From contig CAJFOH010000009.1 in NCBI GenBank assembly GCA_904395845.1, forward strand, positions 1 through 51,558: a DNA stretch of 51,558 bases, given 5' to 3'. The translations under genes were made by a program, and so were the position numbers. The notes under the pieces are model-generated. The model had not been told where the DNA came from, made no database searches, and saw only the letters and a program-made list of their open reading frames with translations. Shown here piece by piece: positions 29,747-40,574 of this stretch (position 1 is its first letter; every line of letters starts with the position of its first letter). The DNA is from an uncultured Lachnospiraceae bacterium. Its GTDB lineage: Bacteria > Bacillota > Clostridia > Lachnospirales > Lachnospiraceae.

Positions 29747-31072
29747 TTATTGTATCGTTTGTAGCCTATTTATCGTATTCTCCAATACCTCAAAATAAGT
29801 TTCAAAGGTTTTACTACAACAACTTGGATTATCAATTACAATCCCTTCACTTCTAAGCCCTATTAAAGAAAAGGCCATAGCCATACGGTGATCTTCATAG
29901 GTATTTACTAGAGTAGGTTTTGGCGTGCCTGGAGTGATAGTGATACCATCTTCAAATTCCACACAATCAATCCCCATCTTCGTTAGTTCTGTGCAAATTG
30001 CTTTGATACGATTACTTTCTTGAAAACGAATATGAGAAATTCCAGTAATAGTTGTTTTACTATCTGCAAAAACAGAAAGACAAGCAACAGTCATTGTTTG
30101 GTCAGAACAGCTACTCATATCAATGGTAAGTCCTTTTAATTTTTTATTGGAAGGACCAGTTACACATACTCCATCTTCCGTTTCTACCACAGTACACCCC
30201 ATTTGTTCCAAAATAGACAATAGTTTAATATCCCCTTGCATAGAGGAGAAAAAGACATTTTTTACCGTAATAGAACAACCGAAAAGGGCAGCCATAGCAT
30301 AAAAATAGCTGGCAGAAGATACATCAGGCTCAATGAAGTAATTTTTTGATTGATACATAGCGCTACTTTTTCCAAAAAATGTATAGCCATTTTCTGTTTT
30401 TGTATAGGTAATGGGATAACCAAATTGCTCCATCATCTTAGTTGTAATATGAATGTAAGACATTCCATGAGTACCTGTTGTATGAATAGTTAAGTCTTTG
30501 TTATGTAAACAAGAAGAAATCAAAAGGGCGCTAAGAAACTGGCTACTTTTTTCGATATTTACAGTAACAGAAGAAACATCATTGTTTGTATGGGTTAAAA
30601 TACAAGGAAGAAACTTTTCTTGTTCCAAGTAAGTAATATGACAACCAAGTTGTTCTAAACAATCCATTAGAGAATCCATAGGACGTTTTTTCATTTGATT
30701 AGATGCTTCAATTGTATAAGTGCCTTCACAAAATCCTAGCATAGCAGTTAAAAAACGTGCAGCCGTTCCAGCACTTCCTACATAAATAGTTGCTTGTTTG
30801 TTTGGAATCTCTCCTTGAAACCCTGTAATAGTTACTGTTTTTGCTTCCTCATCGTAAGAAACAGGAAATCCTAGCTCTATTAAGCAGGATAAAAAATGTC
30901 TAGAGTCATCAGAAAATAACACTCCAGAAAGTGTACTGGTTCCGTTAGAAAGTGCAGAAAGTAGTAAGGCACGATTGGTAATACTTTTAGAACCAGGTAC
31001 ACATACAGTAACTTCCTTACCAGTAACAGAATTAGAAATTGGTGTTACATAATATTTGTTGCTATTATTCAT
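29747..31072 (-). CDS. aroA: EPSP synthase
   Basis: PGSKSITNR, GSAGTAARF, SSQFLS, ESNR, DHRMAM; start ATG 31072 after AGGAGGG. Confidence 0.95.
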   Translation of the reverse strand: MNNSNKYYVTPISNSVTGKEVTVCVPGSKSITNRALLLSALSNGTSTLSGVLFSDDSRHFLSCLIELGFPVSYDEEAKTVTITGFQGEIPNKQATIYVGSAGTAARFLTAMLGFCEGTYTIEASNQMKKRPMDSLMDCLEQLGCHITYLEQEKFLPCILTHTNNDVSSVTVNIEKSSQFLSALLISSCLHNKDLTIHTTGTHGMSYIHITTKMMEQFGYPITYTKTENGYTFFGKSSAMYQSKNYFIEPDVSSASYFYAMAALFGCSITVKNVFFSSMQGDIKLLSILEQMGCTVVETEDGVCVTGPSNKKLKGLTIDMSSCSDQTMTVACLSVFADSKTTITGISHIRFQESNRIKAICTELTKMGIDCVEFEDGITITPGTPKPTLVNTYEDHRMAMAFSLIGLRSEGIVIDNPSCCSKTFETYFEVLENTINRLQTIQ

Positions 31073-31317
31073 AAAACCCCTCCTATTAATTATAAGAATT
31101 ATTGCGCAAAACATTTTGTTTTTTATCTGTATTATAGATAGTTTAGCACAGAAAAGCAATAAAATATCGTATAGAAATAATAAAAGAAAAAAGAGTTAAG
31201 AAAGTAGTTGGAAAATTTCTCATTTATTATAAAAATAAAGATTGAAAAATAAGAGAAAATGTATGATAATAGAGAAGAACATAAAAAACGAATAATCATT
31301 ACAAACAGTTAGAAATA

Positions 31318-31437
31318 TTTATGAAAGAATTCATGAAAGGGGTTTGTGTAAATTTTCATAAAAGAGCTCATATAGGCGTTATAGAAGTTTTATACAAACT
31401 TCATAGAAACTTCATAGAAGCTATACTTCATAGAAGC
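31318..31437 (+). repeat. Degenerate ~11-bp tandem repeat in galE leader
   Basis: ACTTCATAGAA exact at 31398, 31409, 31425 plus degenerate upstream copies (ttcatgaaag, ttcataaaag, ttatagaag). Confidence 0.7.
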
Positions 31438-31476
31438 GTCTTAAATGTTTGTAGGTATTCTAAAGGAGGAAGAAAA

Positions 31477-32493
31477 ATGGCAGTATTAGTAACAGGTGGT
31501 GCAGGGTTTATCGGCAGTCATACTTGTGTAGAGTTATTACAATCAGGGTATGAGGTTGTTGTAGTAGACAATCTTTATAATTCTAGTGAAGAATCGTTAA
31601 AGAGAGTAGAAGAAATTACAGGAAAAAAAGTGACTTTTTATAAAGCAGATTTATTAGATAGAGAAGCCATGGAAGAAATTTTCCAAAAGGAAACCATTGA
31701 TTCAGTTATTCATTTTGCAGGATTAAAGGCTGTTGGAGAATCTGTTCAAAAGCCATTGGAATATTACCATAACAATGTAACTGGAACATTAATTTTATGT
31801 GACGTAATGAGAAAGCATGGAGTAAAGAAAATTGTATTTAGCTCTTCTGCTACTGTATATGGAAGTCCAAAAACAGTTCCAATTCGTGAAGATTTCCCAC
31901 TCCATGTAACAAATCCTTATGGAAGAACCAAACTTATGTTAGAAGAAATTTTCCGTGATTTTGCAGTTGCAGATCCAGAATGGGATATTGTACTTCTTCG
32001 TTACTTTAATCCAATCGGTGCTCATGAAAGTGGAAGAATTGGAGAAGATCCAAAGGGAATTCCAAACAACTTATTACCATACATTACACAAGTAGCAGTA
32101 GGAAAGTTAAAATGCCTTGGTGTATTTGGTGATGACTATGACACACCAGATGGAACTGGAGTTCGTGATTACATTCATGTGGTTGATTTAGCAAAAGGTC
32201 ATGTAAAAGCCATTGAAAAGATTAAGGAAAAAGCAGGTGTACTTACATATAACTTAGGAACAGGTGTAGGATATAGTGTACTTGATGTAGTAAAAGCTTT
32301 TGAAAAAGCAAGTGGTGTTACCATTCCTTATGAAATTAAGCCACGTCGTGCAGGTGATATTGCTACTTGCTATGCAGATCCAGCAAAGGCAAGAGAAGAA
32401 CTTGGTTGGGTAGCAGAAAAAGGAATTGAAGAAATGTGTGAAGATGCTTGGAGATGGCAAAAGAACAATCCAAATGGATATGAAAAGAACTAA
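31477..32493 (+). CDS. galE: UDP-glucose 4-epimerase
   Basis: [37 protein letters not shown]; start ATG 31477 after AAGGAGG. Confidence 0.97.
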   Translation: MAVLVTGGAGFIGSHTCVELLQSGYEVVVVDNLYNSSEESLKRVEEITGKKVTFYKADLLDREAMEEIFQKETIDSVIHFAGLKAVGESVQKPLEYYHNNVTGTLILCDVMRKHGVKKIVFSSSATVYGSPKTVPIREDFPLHVTNPYGRTKLMLEEIFRDFAVADPEWDIVLLRYFNPIGAHESGRIGEDPKGIPNNLLPYITQVAVGKLKCLGVFGDDYDTPDGTGVRDYIHVVDLAKGHVKAIEKIKEKAGVLTYNLGTGVGYSVLDVVKAFEKASGVTIPYEIKPRRAGDIATCYADPAKAREELGWVAEKGIEEMCEDAWRWQKNNPNGYEKN

Positions 32494-32513
32494 GTATTAG
32501 AACTAGCATATAG

Positions 32514-32549
32514 AGATAAAAAAGCACCCAATGGGTGCTTTTTTTATCT
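32514..32549 (+). terminator. Intrinsic terminator
   Basis: agataaaaaagcaccc / gggtgctttttttatct. Confidence 0.88.
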
Positions 32550-32707
32550 GGGCAAATTTCTATGGTTCTTATTATCGAATACAAAAGTGGGGAATCGGTG
32601 GGGGAACAAAAAATAAAAATACAAAGAGATATGAAAAGTGCTTTCCATATTGGGAAAAATATATTATACTAAAAATAGTGAAAAAATTAACAAATACGGA
32701 GGATACT

Positions 32708-33649
32708 ATGAAGGACTATATTATTGGAATTGATATTGGAGGAACAAGTGTTAAATTAGGGCTATTTACAATAGAAGGGGAATTGGTACATAAGTGGGAA
32801 GTTGTTACAGATAAAAGTAACAACGGAAGTAATATTTTAAATGATATTTGTAAATCAGTAAAAGAAACATTAGAGGAACAACAAATCCCAATTGATAACG
32901 TACAAGGGGCTGGTATGGGAATTCCAGGGCCAGCAAGAAGTGATGGATATGTGGAAACTTGTCCAAATCTTGGTTGGAGAAATTGTAATCCAGCAAAGGA
33001 GTTATCAGAATTATTACAAATTCCTGTTTTTGTTGGAAATGATGCTAACGTTGCCGCTTTAGGTGAACTTTGGAAAGGTGGCGGAAAAGGTGCAGATACC
33101 ATGGTTTTAATTACACTAGGAACAGGTGTAGGTAGTGGTATTATTATGAATGGAGAAATTGTTGCGGGAAATAGAGGCTTATCTGGAGAGTTAGGACACG
33201 TTACCGTAAATATTGAAGAAAAAGAAGCTTGTAACTGTAATAACTATGGTTGTTTAGAACAGTATGCTTCTGCAACAGGGATTGTAAGAGTTGCCAATCG
33301 AATGTTAAATGCAAGCCAAAAGCCATCAAAATTAAGAGAGTTTGATACATTAACTGCAAAGGATATTTTTGATTGTGCAAAAGAATATGATGAAGTTGCA
33401 ATGGAAGCAGTAGAAAAATTAGGAGAATATCTAGGAAGAACAATGGCTAGTGTAACCTTTACCATTGACCCAGATGTATTTGTCATTGGTGGTGGAGTAT
33501 CAAAGGCAGGAGAAATTCTTTTAAATGTTATTAACAAATATTATAAAAGATATGTTTGCCTATCTTCTCAAATGGGAGAAGTACGTCTTGCAACCTTAGG
33601 AAATGATGCAGGAATTTATGGTGCGGCGAAAATGGCACTTGGAAAATAG
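32708..33649 (+). CDS. ROK-family glucokinase
   Basis: GIDIGGT, NDANVAALGE, GTGVG, GELGH, CNC...GCLE Zn motif; start ATG 32708 after GGAGG. Confidence 0.9.
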   Translation: MKDYIIGIDIGGTSVKLGLFTIEGELVHKWEVVTDKSNNGSNILNDICKSVKETLEEQQIPIDNVQGAGMGIPGPARSDGYVETCPNLGWRNCNPAKELSELLQIPVFVGNDANVAALGELWKGGGKGADTMVLITLGTGVGSGIIMNGEIVAGNRGLSGELGHVTVNIEEKEACNCNNYGCLEQYASATGIVRVANRMLNASQKPSKLREFDTLTAKDIFDCAKEYDEVAMEAVEKLGEYLGRTMASVTFTIDPDVFVIGGGVSKAGEILLNVINKYYKRYVCLSSQMGEVRLATLGNDAGIYGAAKMALGK

Positions 33650-33686
33650 ACAGTTTTCACCTAAAAAATTGTAGTAAGTTAACACA

Positions 33687-33715
33687 TTGTCACTTCCCTT
33701 TCCTTTTGTTATAAT
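33687..33715 (+). promoter_or_regulatory. Extended SigA promoter of ABC transporter
   Basis: TTGTCA-17-TATAAT with TGn extension. Confidence 0.8.
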
Positions 33716-33746
33716 AGAGGGGACTAAAAGGAAAGGGAGTAGTGAT

Positions 33747-35495
33747 ATGGAGAATCAAAATAAATGGAAAAAATTTATTGGCTATTACAAACCATATAAA
33801 AAGCTATTTTTTGCAGATATGTTTTGTGCATTGGTGGCCGCTGGTATCACATTAGTGTTACCGCTAATTGTAAGATACATTACAAGTACAGTAGTATATG
33901 AAGAAAGTAGTGTAGCATTAAAAACTATCATAGGACTTGCGTTTGTTATGCTATTTTTAGTTGTAGTAGAATGTGCATGTAACTATTTTATTACATCATT
34001 TGGGCATATTATGGGTTCAAAGATGGAAACAGATATGAGAACAGAGATTTTTAATCATTATCAAAAGCTATCATTTCGTTTCTATGATGACCAAAAAGTA
34101 GGTCAATTAATGTCGAGGGTAACCAATGACTTATTTGAAATTAGTGAGTTATTTCATCATGGACCAGAAGATATTGTAATTTCTATTATTAAGTTTATTG
34201 GCTCTTTTATTATTTTATTAAACATTCATGTAGGGCTTGCAATTTGTGCCTTTGCCATGTTACCTGTTATGTTCTTTTATGCGTATCATTTTAATGGAAA
34301 GTTAAAACGAGCATACAAAAAAAATCGTGCAAGAATTGCAGATATTAATGCTCAAATTGAAGATAGTTTATCTGGAGTTCGAGTAGTAAAGTCTTTTGGA
34401 AATGAAGAAATTGAAAAAGAGAAATTTGATAAAGGAAATCAAGCATTTTTAGAAAGTAAGAAAAACTCCTATATGTGTATGGGTGGATACCATGCAGGTC
34501 TTGGAGCATTTACAACATTAATTACTATTATTGTAGTAGTTGCAGGGGGAATTTTTCTTACACAAGGCTCTTTAAAAGTATCTGATTTTGTTGCTTTTAT
34601 TATGTATATTAGTACATTTACAGAGCCAGTGAAAAAACTTATTAACTTTACAGAACAATTTCAAAATGGTATTTCTGGTTATGAACGATTTATAGAAATG
34701 TTAGCCGTTGAACCAGATATTACAGATAGGAAAGACGCAAAAGATGTAGGAACATTACAAGGAGAAATTACATTTAATAATGTTGGATTTGCATACAATC
34801 AAACTGGGGATAAGGTATTAGAACACTTAAACTTATCTATTAAAGAGGGCGAGTATGTGGCACTTGTTGGTTCTTCTGGTGCTGGAAAGACAACATTGTG
34901 TAGTTTAATTCCACGTTTTTATGAAGTAAATGAAGGGGAAATATTAATTGATAATATTCCAATCAAGGAAATGACACTAAAAAGTTTACGAAGAAACATA
35001 GGAATTGTCCAACAAGATGTATATTTATTTGCAGGCACGATTATGGATAATATTCGCTATGGAAAGCCAGATGCAACAGAAGAAGAAGTGTACATGGCTG
35101 CAAAAAATGCAAATGCCCATGAATTTATTATGTCATTACCAGAAGGATATGAAACAGATATTGGACAACGAGGTGTAAAGCTATCTGGAGGTCAAAAGCA
35201 GCGATTATCCTTAGCAAGAGTATTTTTAAAAAATCCTTCCATTTTAATTTTTGATGAAGCCACATCGGCACTGGATAATGAAAGTGAAAAGATTGTTCAA
35301 CAATCATTGGAGCGACTAGCAAAAGATAGAACAACTATTGTAATTGCTCATCGCTTATCTACCATTCGCAATGCAGGGCGTATTGTAGTTTTAACGGAAG
35401 ATGGAATTGCAGAGCAAGGAAATCACAATCAGTTATTAGAAAACAATGGAGTATATGCTAAATTATACAATATGCAGTTCCAAACAAATGAGTAA
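33747..35495 (+). CDS. ABC exporter half-transporter (TMD+NBD)
   Basis: 6-TM domain; GSSGAGKT, LSGGQ, IFDEATSALD, IAHRLS; start ATG 33747. Confidence 0.93.
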   Translation: MENQNKWKKFIGYYKPYKKLFFADMFCALVAAGITLVLPLIVRYITSTVVYEESSVALKTIIGLAFVMLFLVVVECACNYFITSFGHIMGSKMETDMRTEIFNHYQKLSFRFYDDQKVGQLMSRVTNDLFEISELFHHGPEDIVISIIKFIGSFIILLNIHVGLAICAFAMLPVMFFYAYHFNGKLKRAYKKNRARIADINAQIEDSLSGVRVVKSFGNEEIEKEKFDKGNQAFLESKKNSYMCMGGYHAGLGAFTTLITIIVVVAGGIFLTQGSLKVSDFVAFIMYISTFTEPVKKLINFTEQFQNGISGYERFIEMLAVEPDITDRKDAKDVGTLQGEITFNNVGFAYNQTGDKVLEHLNLSIKEGEYVALVGSSGAGKTTLCSLIPRFYEVNEGEILIDNIPIKEMTLKSLRRNIGIVQQDVYLFAGTIMDNIRYGKPDATEEEVYMAAKNANAHEFIMSLPEGYETDIGQRGVKLSGGQKQRLSLARVFLKNPSILIFDEATSALDNESEKIVQQSLERLAKDRTTIVIAHRLSTIRNAGRIVVLTEDGIAEQGNHNQLLENNGVYAKLYNMQFQTNE

Positions 35496-35510
35496 TAGAA
35501 GATAGAAATA

Positions 35511-35559
35511 AAAGAAGTGTGTTTTTGTTTTTCATAGATGAGAACATACTTCTTTTTTT
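35511..35559 (+). terminator. Intrinsic terminator
   Basis: aaagaagtgtgttttt / agaacatacttcttttttt. Confidence 0.7.
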
Positions 35560-35728
35560 ATCCATAAAAAAATAGTAAAAAAATAAAAAAAAGTACACAT
35601 TTTTTCTTTAAGTTATGGTATGATTTAAATAGGCTATGCCTAAAAAGATACGAAAAAGATGAATTCTCCCAGATTGTAGGGTAACGATATAAATAGCAAT
35701 AAAATAAATTAGAGAGGAATGTAGTGGA

Positions 35729-36115
35729 ATGAGCCAGTTAAAAGTTGATAAATATAAAGAGTACAAAAAGAATAAAAAAGAAATTTTAGCAAAGCAAAAA
35801 CGAAAGAAAAAGATAGAAAAAATTGCTACATGGACGATTACCATTGGAATTTTAGGTGGTCTTGCAGGTGCAGTTGGCGTTACCATTTATAATGAATATC
35901 AAAAAAAATTAGCAAGTGTTCCAAACTATACATCAGATTCCTACCTTCTTTCTGATATGACAGGTGTATTATCTATGGAAGAAAAAAGCGAAGAATCAAA
36001 GGGAAATGACAATTCTAATGAACAAAGTACAGAAAATGAAGATGCAAGTGTAGAAAGCAAAGAATCACAAGAAGAAAGCGAAAACACTTCATTAGAACAA
36101 TCTACACAATCTTAA
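35729..36115 (+). CDS. Small single-TM hypothetical protein
   Basis: Lys-rich N-terminus, one TM, acidic S/E tail; GAGG RBS. Confidence 0.75.
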   Translation: MSQLKVDKYKEYKKNKKEILAKQKRKKKIEKIATWTITIGILGGLAGAVGVTIYNEYQKKLASVPNYTSDSYLLSDMTGVLSMEEKSEESKGNDNSNEQSTENEDASVESKESQEESENTSLEQSTQS

Positions 36116-36268
36116 GAACGTGTAAATCCAATATTAGATTGAGAAAATAAATAAGTAGGAAGAGTGTTTTCTAATGTTAAGTCTTGTAAATGTAGGGAAC
36201 ATCACTACTAAGAAAATAGAAAATTATAATGTAAGGGAAGCATTATATTATGTTAGGAGGTATTATTT

Positions 36269-37960
36269 GTGAGTCAAGGCGAAAAAAAGATTATTGTAAT
36301 TGGGCATAAAAATCCAGACACAGATTCCATCTGTTCGGCTATTTCCTATGCAAATTTAAAAAATAAAATGCGAGAAAAGAAAAATCAACTAGGAGAAAAA
36401 TCAGCTTATATCCAAGTAGAAGATGGAATCTATGAGCCATGTCGAGCAGGAACGGTCAATCAAGAAACCAAGTTTGTATTAAAGTATTTTGGAGTAAATG
36501 AACCACAATTAGTTACTGATGTTCGTACTCAAGTAAGTGATATTGAGATAAGAAAAACACCAGGGGTAGCTAGAAATATTTCTCTAAAAAAAGCATGGAC
36601 AATTATGAATGAGCTAGGCGTTGTAACACTTCCTATTACAAAAAATAATCGTTTGGAAGGGTTAATTACTATTGGTGATATTACAAGCTCTTATATGGAG
36701 GCGTATGATAGCACTATTTTATCAACAGCACATACCCAATATAGCAATATTGTAGAAACATTAGAAGCAACTGTTATTGTTGGTGATGAACGTGCCTACT
36801 ACACAAAAGGGAAAGTATTAGTAGCAGCGGCAAATCCAGATTTAATGGAAGATTACATTGAAGAAAATGACCTAGTAATTTTAGGAAATCGTTATGAATC
36901 ACAACTTTGTGCCATTGAAATGAAAGCTGCATGTATTATTGTTTGTGAAGGTGCACCAGTATCATTAACCATTCGTAAGATGGCAGAAGATAGAGGTTGT
37001 ACTGTTATTAGCACTCCATTTGATACATTTACAGCCGCAAGATTAATTAACCAAAGTATGCCAATTAGCTATTTTATGAAAAAGGATAGGCTCATTACAT
37101 TTAATACTGATGACATTGTAGAAGAAATCAGTGAAACAATGGCAAAGATTCGTCATAGAGATTTTCCAATCCTAGATGCCAATGGATACTATCAAGGTAT
37201 GATTTCAAGAAGAAATCTTCTTGGTATGGAAGGAAAACAAGTAATTTTAGTAGACCATAATGAAAAGACACAGGCAGTCAATGGAATACAAAGTGCAGAT
37301 GTGTTAGAGATTATTGACCACCATCGTCTAGGAACTATTGAAACAATGGGACCTGTATTTTTTAGAAATCAGCCACTCGGTTGTACTGCAACAATTGTTT
37401 ATCTTATGTATCAAGAAAATGATATTCCAATTGAAAAACATATTGCAGGTTTGTTATGTAGTGCGATTATTTCAGATACTTTATTATTCCGTTCCCCAAC
37501 TTGTACCTATATTGATAAGATGGCTGCACAACATTTGGCAACCATTGCAGGAATTGAGCCTGAAGTTTATGCAAAGGAAATGTTTGCGGCAGGAAGTAAT
37601 TTGAAAAATAAAACGGCAGAGCAAGTATTCTATCAAGATTTTAAAGAGTTTTCTATGGAAGGAAAGAAAATAGGGGTAGGACAAATCAGTTCTATGAATC
37701 CAGAAGAATTGATAGAAATTAAAAATAAGTTAGATGACTATTTAGAAGATGCTAGACAAAAACATGGCGTAGATGTGATTTTATTTATGTTAACAGATAT
37801 TATGGAAGAGTCTACCCTACTTCTTATGAGAGGACAAGAAGCGGCAGGACTTATTAAATCAGCCTTTGGAGTAGAGGCAGAAAATCAATGTGCTATGTTA
37901 AAAGGTGTGGTTTCAAGAAAGAAACAGCTGATTCCAAATTTAAGTGCAGCATTACAATAA
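36269..37960 (+). CDS. ppaC: Mn-dependent family II inorganic pyrophosphatase with CBS-DRTGG insert
   Basis: GHKNPDTDS, LVDHNE, IDHH, SRKKQ; ~240-aa regulatory insert between the catalytic motifs. Confidence 0.93.
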   Translation: MSQGEKKIIVIGHKNPDTDSICSAISYANLKNKMREKKNQLGEKSAYIQVEDGIYEPCRAGTVNQETKFVLKYFGVNEPQLVTDVRTQVSDIEIRKTPGVARNISLKKAWTIMNELGVVTLPITKNNRLEGLITIGDITSSYMEAYDSTILSTAHTQYSNIVETLEATVIVGDERAYYTKGKVLVAAANPDLMEDYIEENDLVILGNRYESQLCAIEMKAACIIVCEGAPVSLTIRKMAEDRGCTVISTPFDTFTAARLINQSMPISYFMKKDRLITFNTDDIVEEISETMAKIRHRDFPILDANGYYQGMISRRNLLGMEGKQVILVDHNEKTQAVNGIQSADVLEIIDHHRLGTIETMGPVFFRNQPLGCTATIVYLMYQENDIPIEKHIAGLLCSAIISDTLLFRSPTCTYIDKMAAQHLATIAGIEPEVYAKEMFAAGSNLKNKTAEQVFYQDFKEFSMEGKKIGVGQISSMNPEELIEIKNKLDDYLEDARQKHGVDVILFMLTDIMEESTLLLMRGQEAAGLIKSAFGVEAENQCAMLKGVVSRKKQLIPNLSAALQ

Positions 37961-37982
37961 GATAAGTTAGAATGAGGTTTTT

Positions 37983-38564
37983 ATGAGTAGACAAGTTTGG
38001 AAACCAGGAAATATGGTATATCCAGTTCCGGCAGCTATGGTGACAGTAGCAGATAAGGAAGGAAATAGCAATATTATTACAGTATCTTGGACAGGAACCG
38101 TTTGTACCAATCCACCTATGGCTTACGTTTCCATTAGAAAAGAACGTTTTTCTCATCACATGATTATGGAAACAAAAGAATTTGTAATTAATATTACAAC
38201 AGAACAGCTTGCCTATGCCACAGATTTTTGTGGAGTACGTTCTGGACGTGATGTAGATAAATTTAAAGAAATGAAGCTGACAAAGGGAACATCTAGTGTG
38301 GTAAGTGTTCCATTTATTGAAGAATGTCCAGTCAATATTGAGTGTAGAGTAACACAAGTATTGCCACTAGGCTCTCATGATATGTTTTTAGCAGAGGTTG
38401 TAGCTGTTAACGTAGATGAGGTATACATGGACGAAAAGAATAAGTTTTGTCTTGATAAGGCAAACCCTATTGTATATTCCCATGGAGAGTACTTTGGACT
38501 AGGAAAGCAATTAGGAAATTTTGGGTATAGTGTGAGAAAAAAGAAAGCAAGAAAGAAAAAATAA
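37983..38564 (+). CDS. Flavin reductase-like protein
   Basis: YPVPAAMV, CGVRSGRDVDKF, ECPVNIEC, GSHDMF. Confidence 0.88.
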   Translation: MSRQVWKPGNMVYPVPAAMVTVADKEGNSNIITVSWTGTVCTNPPMAYVSIRKERFSHHMIMETKEFVINITTEQLAYATDFCGVRSGRDVDKFKEMKLTKGTSSVVSVPFIEECPVNIECRVTQVLPLGSHDMFLAEVVAVNVDEVYMDEKNKFCLDKANPIVYSHGEYFGLGKQLGNFGYSVRKKKARKKK

Positions 38565-38582
38565 AATATAGGGGGATTAGGT

Positions 38583-39083
38583 ATGAATATTACGTTAATT
38601 GGAATGCCTGCGTCAGGAAAAAGTACCATTGGCGTATTGTTAGCAAAGCGATTAGGGTATCAGTTTATTGATACAGATTTATTAATTCAAACAGAAGAAA
38701 AACGATTATTAAAAGAAATTATACAAGAAGAAGGTTTGGATGGTTTTCTAAAAATCGAAAATAAAGTGAATGCTAGTGTAGAAGCAGAAAATGCTATTAT
38801 TGCTCCAGGCGGCAGTGTCATATATGGAAAAGAAGCCATGGAGCATCTGAAGGCAGTTAGCACCATTGTATATTTAAAAATATCCTATGTCCAGTTAGAA
38901 AAAAGACTTGGAAATCTAGTGGAGCGTGGTGTAGCTGTAAAAGAAGGAATGACACTACTTGATTTATATGAGGAGAGAGTGCCATTATATGAAACCTATG
39001 CAGACATTGTTATTGATGAACAAGAAAAAGATATTGGTTCTATTGTTGATGAAATTCGAACAATTATAGAAAATAGAATGTAA
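38583..39083 (+). CDS. aroK: Shikimate kinase
   Basis: GMPASGKST, IDTD, PGGS, ERVPLY. Confidence 0.88.
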   Translation: MNITLIGMPASGKSTIGVLLAKRLGYQFIDTDLLIQTEEKRLLKEIIQEEGLDGFLKIENKVNASVEAENAIIAPGGSVIYGKEAMEHLKAVSTIVYLKISYVQLEKRLGNLVERGVAVKEGMTLLDLYEERVPLYETYADIVIDEQEKDIGSIVDEIRTIIENRM

Positions 39084-39130
39084 ATAGAATAGGCAAATTC
39101 ATAGAGGAAATGGTTCAAACTAGCAAATAC

Positions 39131-39158
39131 TTTACAAATATAGATTCTGTGTTATAAT
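39131..39158 (+). promoter_or_regulatory. SigA-type promoter of murA
   Basis: TTTACA-16-TATAAT with TGn extension. Confidence 0.6.
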
Positions 39159-39204
39159 GTGGTTAAAGTAGTGGATACAAATAATGATTTTTTAGAGGTA
39201 TATA

Positions 39205-40500
39205 ATGGAACAATATATTATAAAGGGAGGAAATCCTCTTGTTGGTGAGGTAACCATTGGTGGAGCAAAAAATGCTGCACTTGGGATTCTTGCAGCATCT
39301 GTTATGGCAGATGAAGCAGTAACCATAGATAATTTGCCAGATGTTAGAGATATAAACGTATTGCTAGAAGCAATCGGACAAACAGGTGCAATGGTAGAAA
39401 GAAAGGCAAGACATTGTGCAAAAATTAATGGAAAAACAATTACAAACTTAGTTGTAGATAATTCTTATATAAAAAAGATGAGAGCATCTTATTATATGCT
39501 AGGGGCTATGCTTGGAAAGTATGGACATGCTCAAGTTGCACTTCCAGGTGGTTGTAATATTGGAAGCAGACCAATTGACCAACATCTAAAAGGCTTTCGT
39601 GCATTAGGAGCAATTGCAGAAGTAAAAGGTGGAATGATTGTTGTAGAAGCAAAAGAACTAACAGGGGCTCATATTTTCTTTGATATGGTATCTGTTGGGG
39701 CTACTATTAATATTATGATGGCAGCAGCTTTAGCAAAAGGAAGAACAATTTTAGAAAATGCAGCAAAAGAACCACACGTTGTAGACGTTGCAAATTTACT
39801 AAATGCTATGGGAGCTAGTATTAAGGGAGCTGGAACTGATGTGATTCGCATTGATGGTGTAGAAAAGTTACATGGCACAGAATATACAGTAATTCCAGAC
39901 CAAATCGAAGCTGGAACATTTATGATGGCAGCAGCAGCTACAAAAGGTGATGTTACCGTTAAGAATGTAATTCCAAAGCATTTAGAATCCTTAACATCAA
40001 AACTTCGAGAAATTGGATGTGAAGTTGTGGAATTTGATGATGCTGTTCGTGTAATTAGTAAAAAACGTTTAACACACACCAATGTAAAAACATTACCATA
40101 TCCAGGATTTCCAACAGATATGCAGCCACAGATGACAACCTTACTTGCATTGTCAGAAGGGACAAGCATTGTGACAGAAAGTGTATTTGAAAATCGTTTT
40201 AAATACATTGACGAATTAAATCGTATGGGTGCAGATATTAAAGTAGAAGGTGGTAATGTAGCCATTGTCAATGGAGTAGAAAACTTGACAGGAGCCTGTG
40301 TAAGTGCACCAGATTTACGAGCAGGAGCAGCTCTTGTTATTGCAGGTCTTACAACGGAAGATTATACTATTGTTGATGAGATTAAGTACATTGAACGTGG
40401 ATATGAAGATTTTGCAGGAAAAATACAAGGTCTTGGTGGAAATATTCAAGTAGTAGAAACGGAAAAAGAGATTCAAAAATTCAAGTTACGAATGGGATAA
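39205..40500 (+). CDS. murA: UDP-GlcNAc enolpyruvyl transferase
   Basis: GAKNAAL, LPGGCNIGSRP (active-site Cys), PGFPTDMQ, DLRAGAAL. Confidence 0.96.
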   Translation: MEQYIIKGGNPLVGEVTIGGAKNAALGILAASVMADEAVTIDNLPDVRDINVLLEAIGQTGAMVERKARHCAKINGKTITNLVVDNSYIKKMRASYYMLGAMLGKYGHAQVALPGGCNIGSRPIDQHLKGFRALGAIAEVKGGMIVVEAKELTGAHIFFDMVSVGATINIMMAAALAKGRTILENAAKEPHVVDVANLLNAMGASIKGAGTDVIRIDGVEKLHGTEYTVIPDQIEAGTFMMAAAATKGDVTVKNVIPKHLESLTSKLREIGCEVVEFDDAVRVISKKRLTHTNVKTLPYPGFPTDMQPQMTTLLALSEGTSIVTESVFENRFKYIDELNRMGADIKVEGGNVAIVNGVENLTGACVSAPDLRAGAALVIAGLTTEDYTIVDEIKYIERGYEDFAGKIQGLGGNIQVVETEKEIQKFKLRMG

Positions 40501-40574
40501 TTTTTTTGTCTTTGAAAAAATACTTGACGAATCTTTCATTTTCGTATATTTTATATTAGTAATAAATATAGTAA

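Noticed and set aside
32632-32647. cre/LacI-like TGAAAAGTGCTTTCCA before glucokinase
   Set aside because: Lacks the central CG and is only 12/16 symmetric; too weak to call
36153-36209. Hairpin upstream of ppaC considered as fluoride, Mn (yybP) or c-di-AMP riboswitch
   Set aside because: None of the conserved cores is present; more likely a weak terminator of the upstream gene
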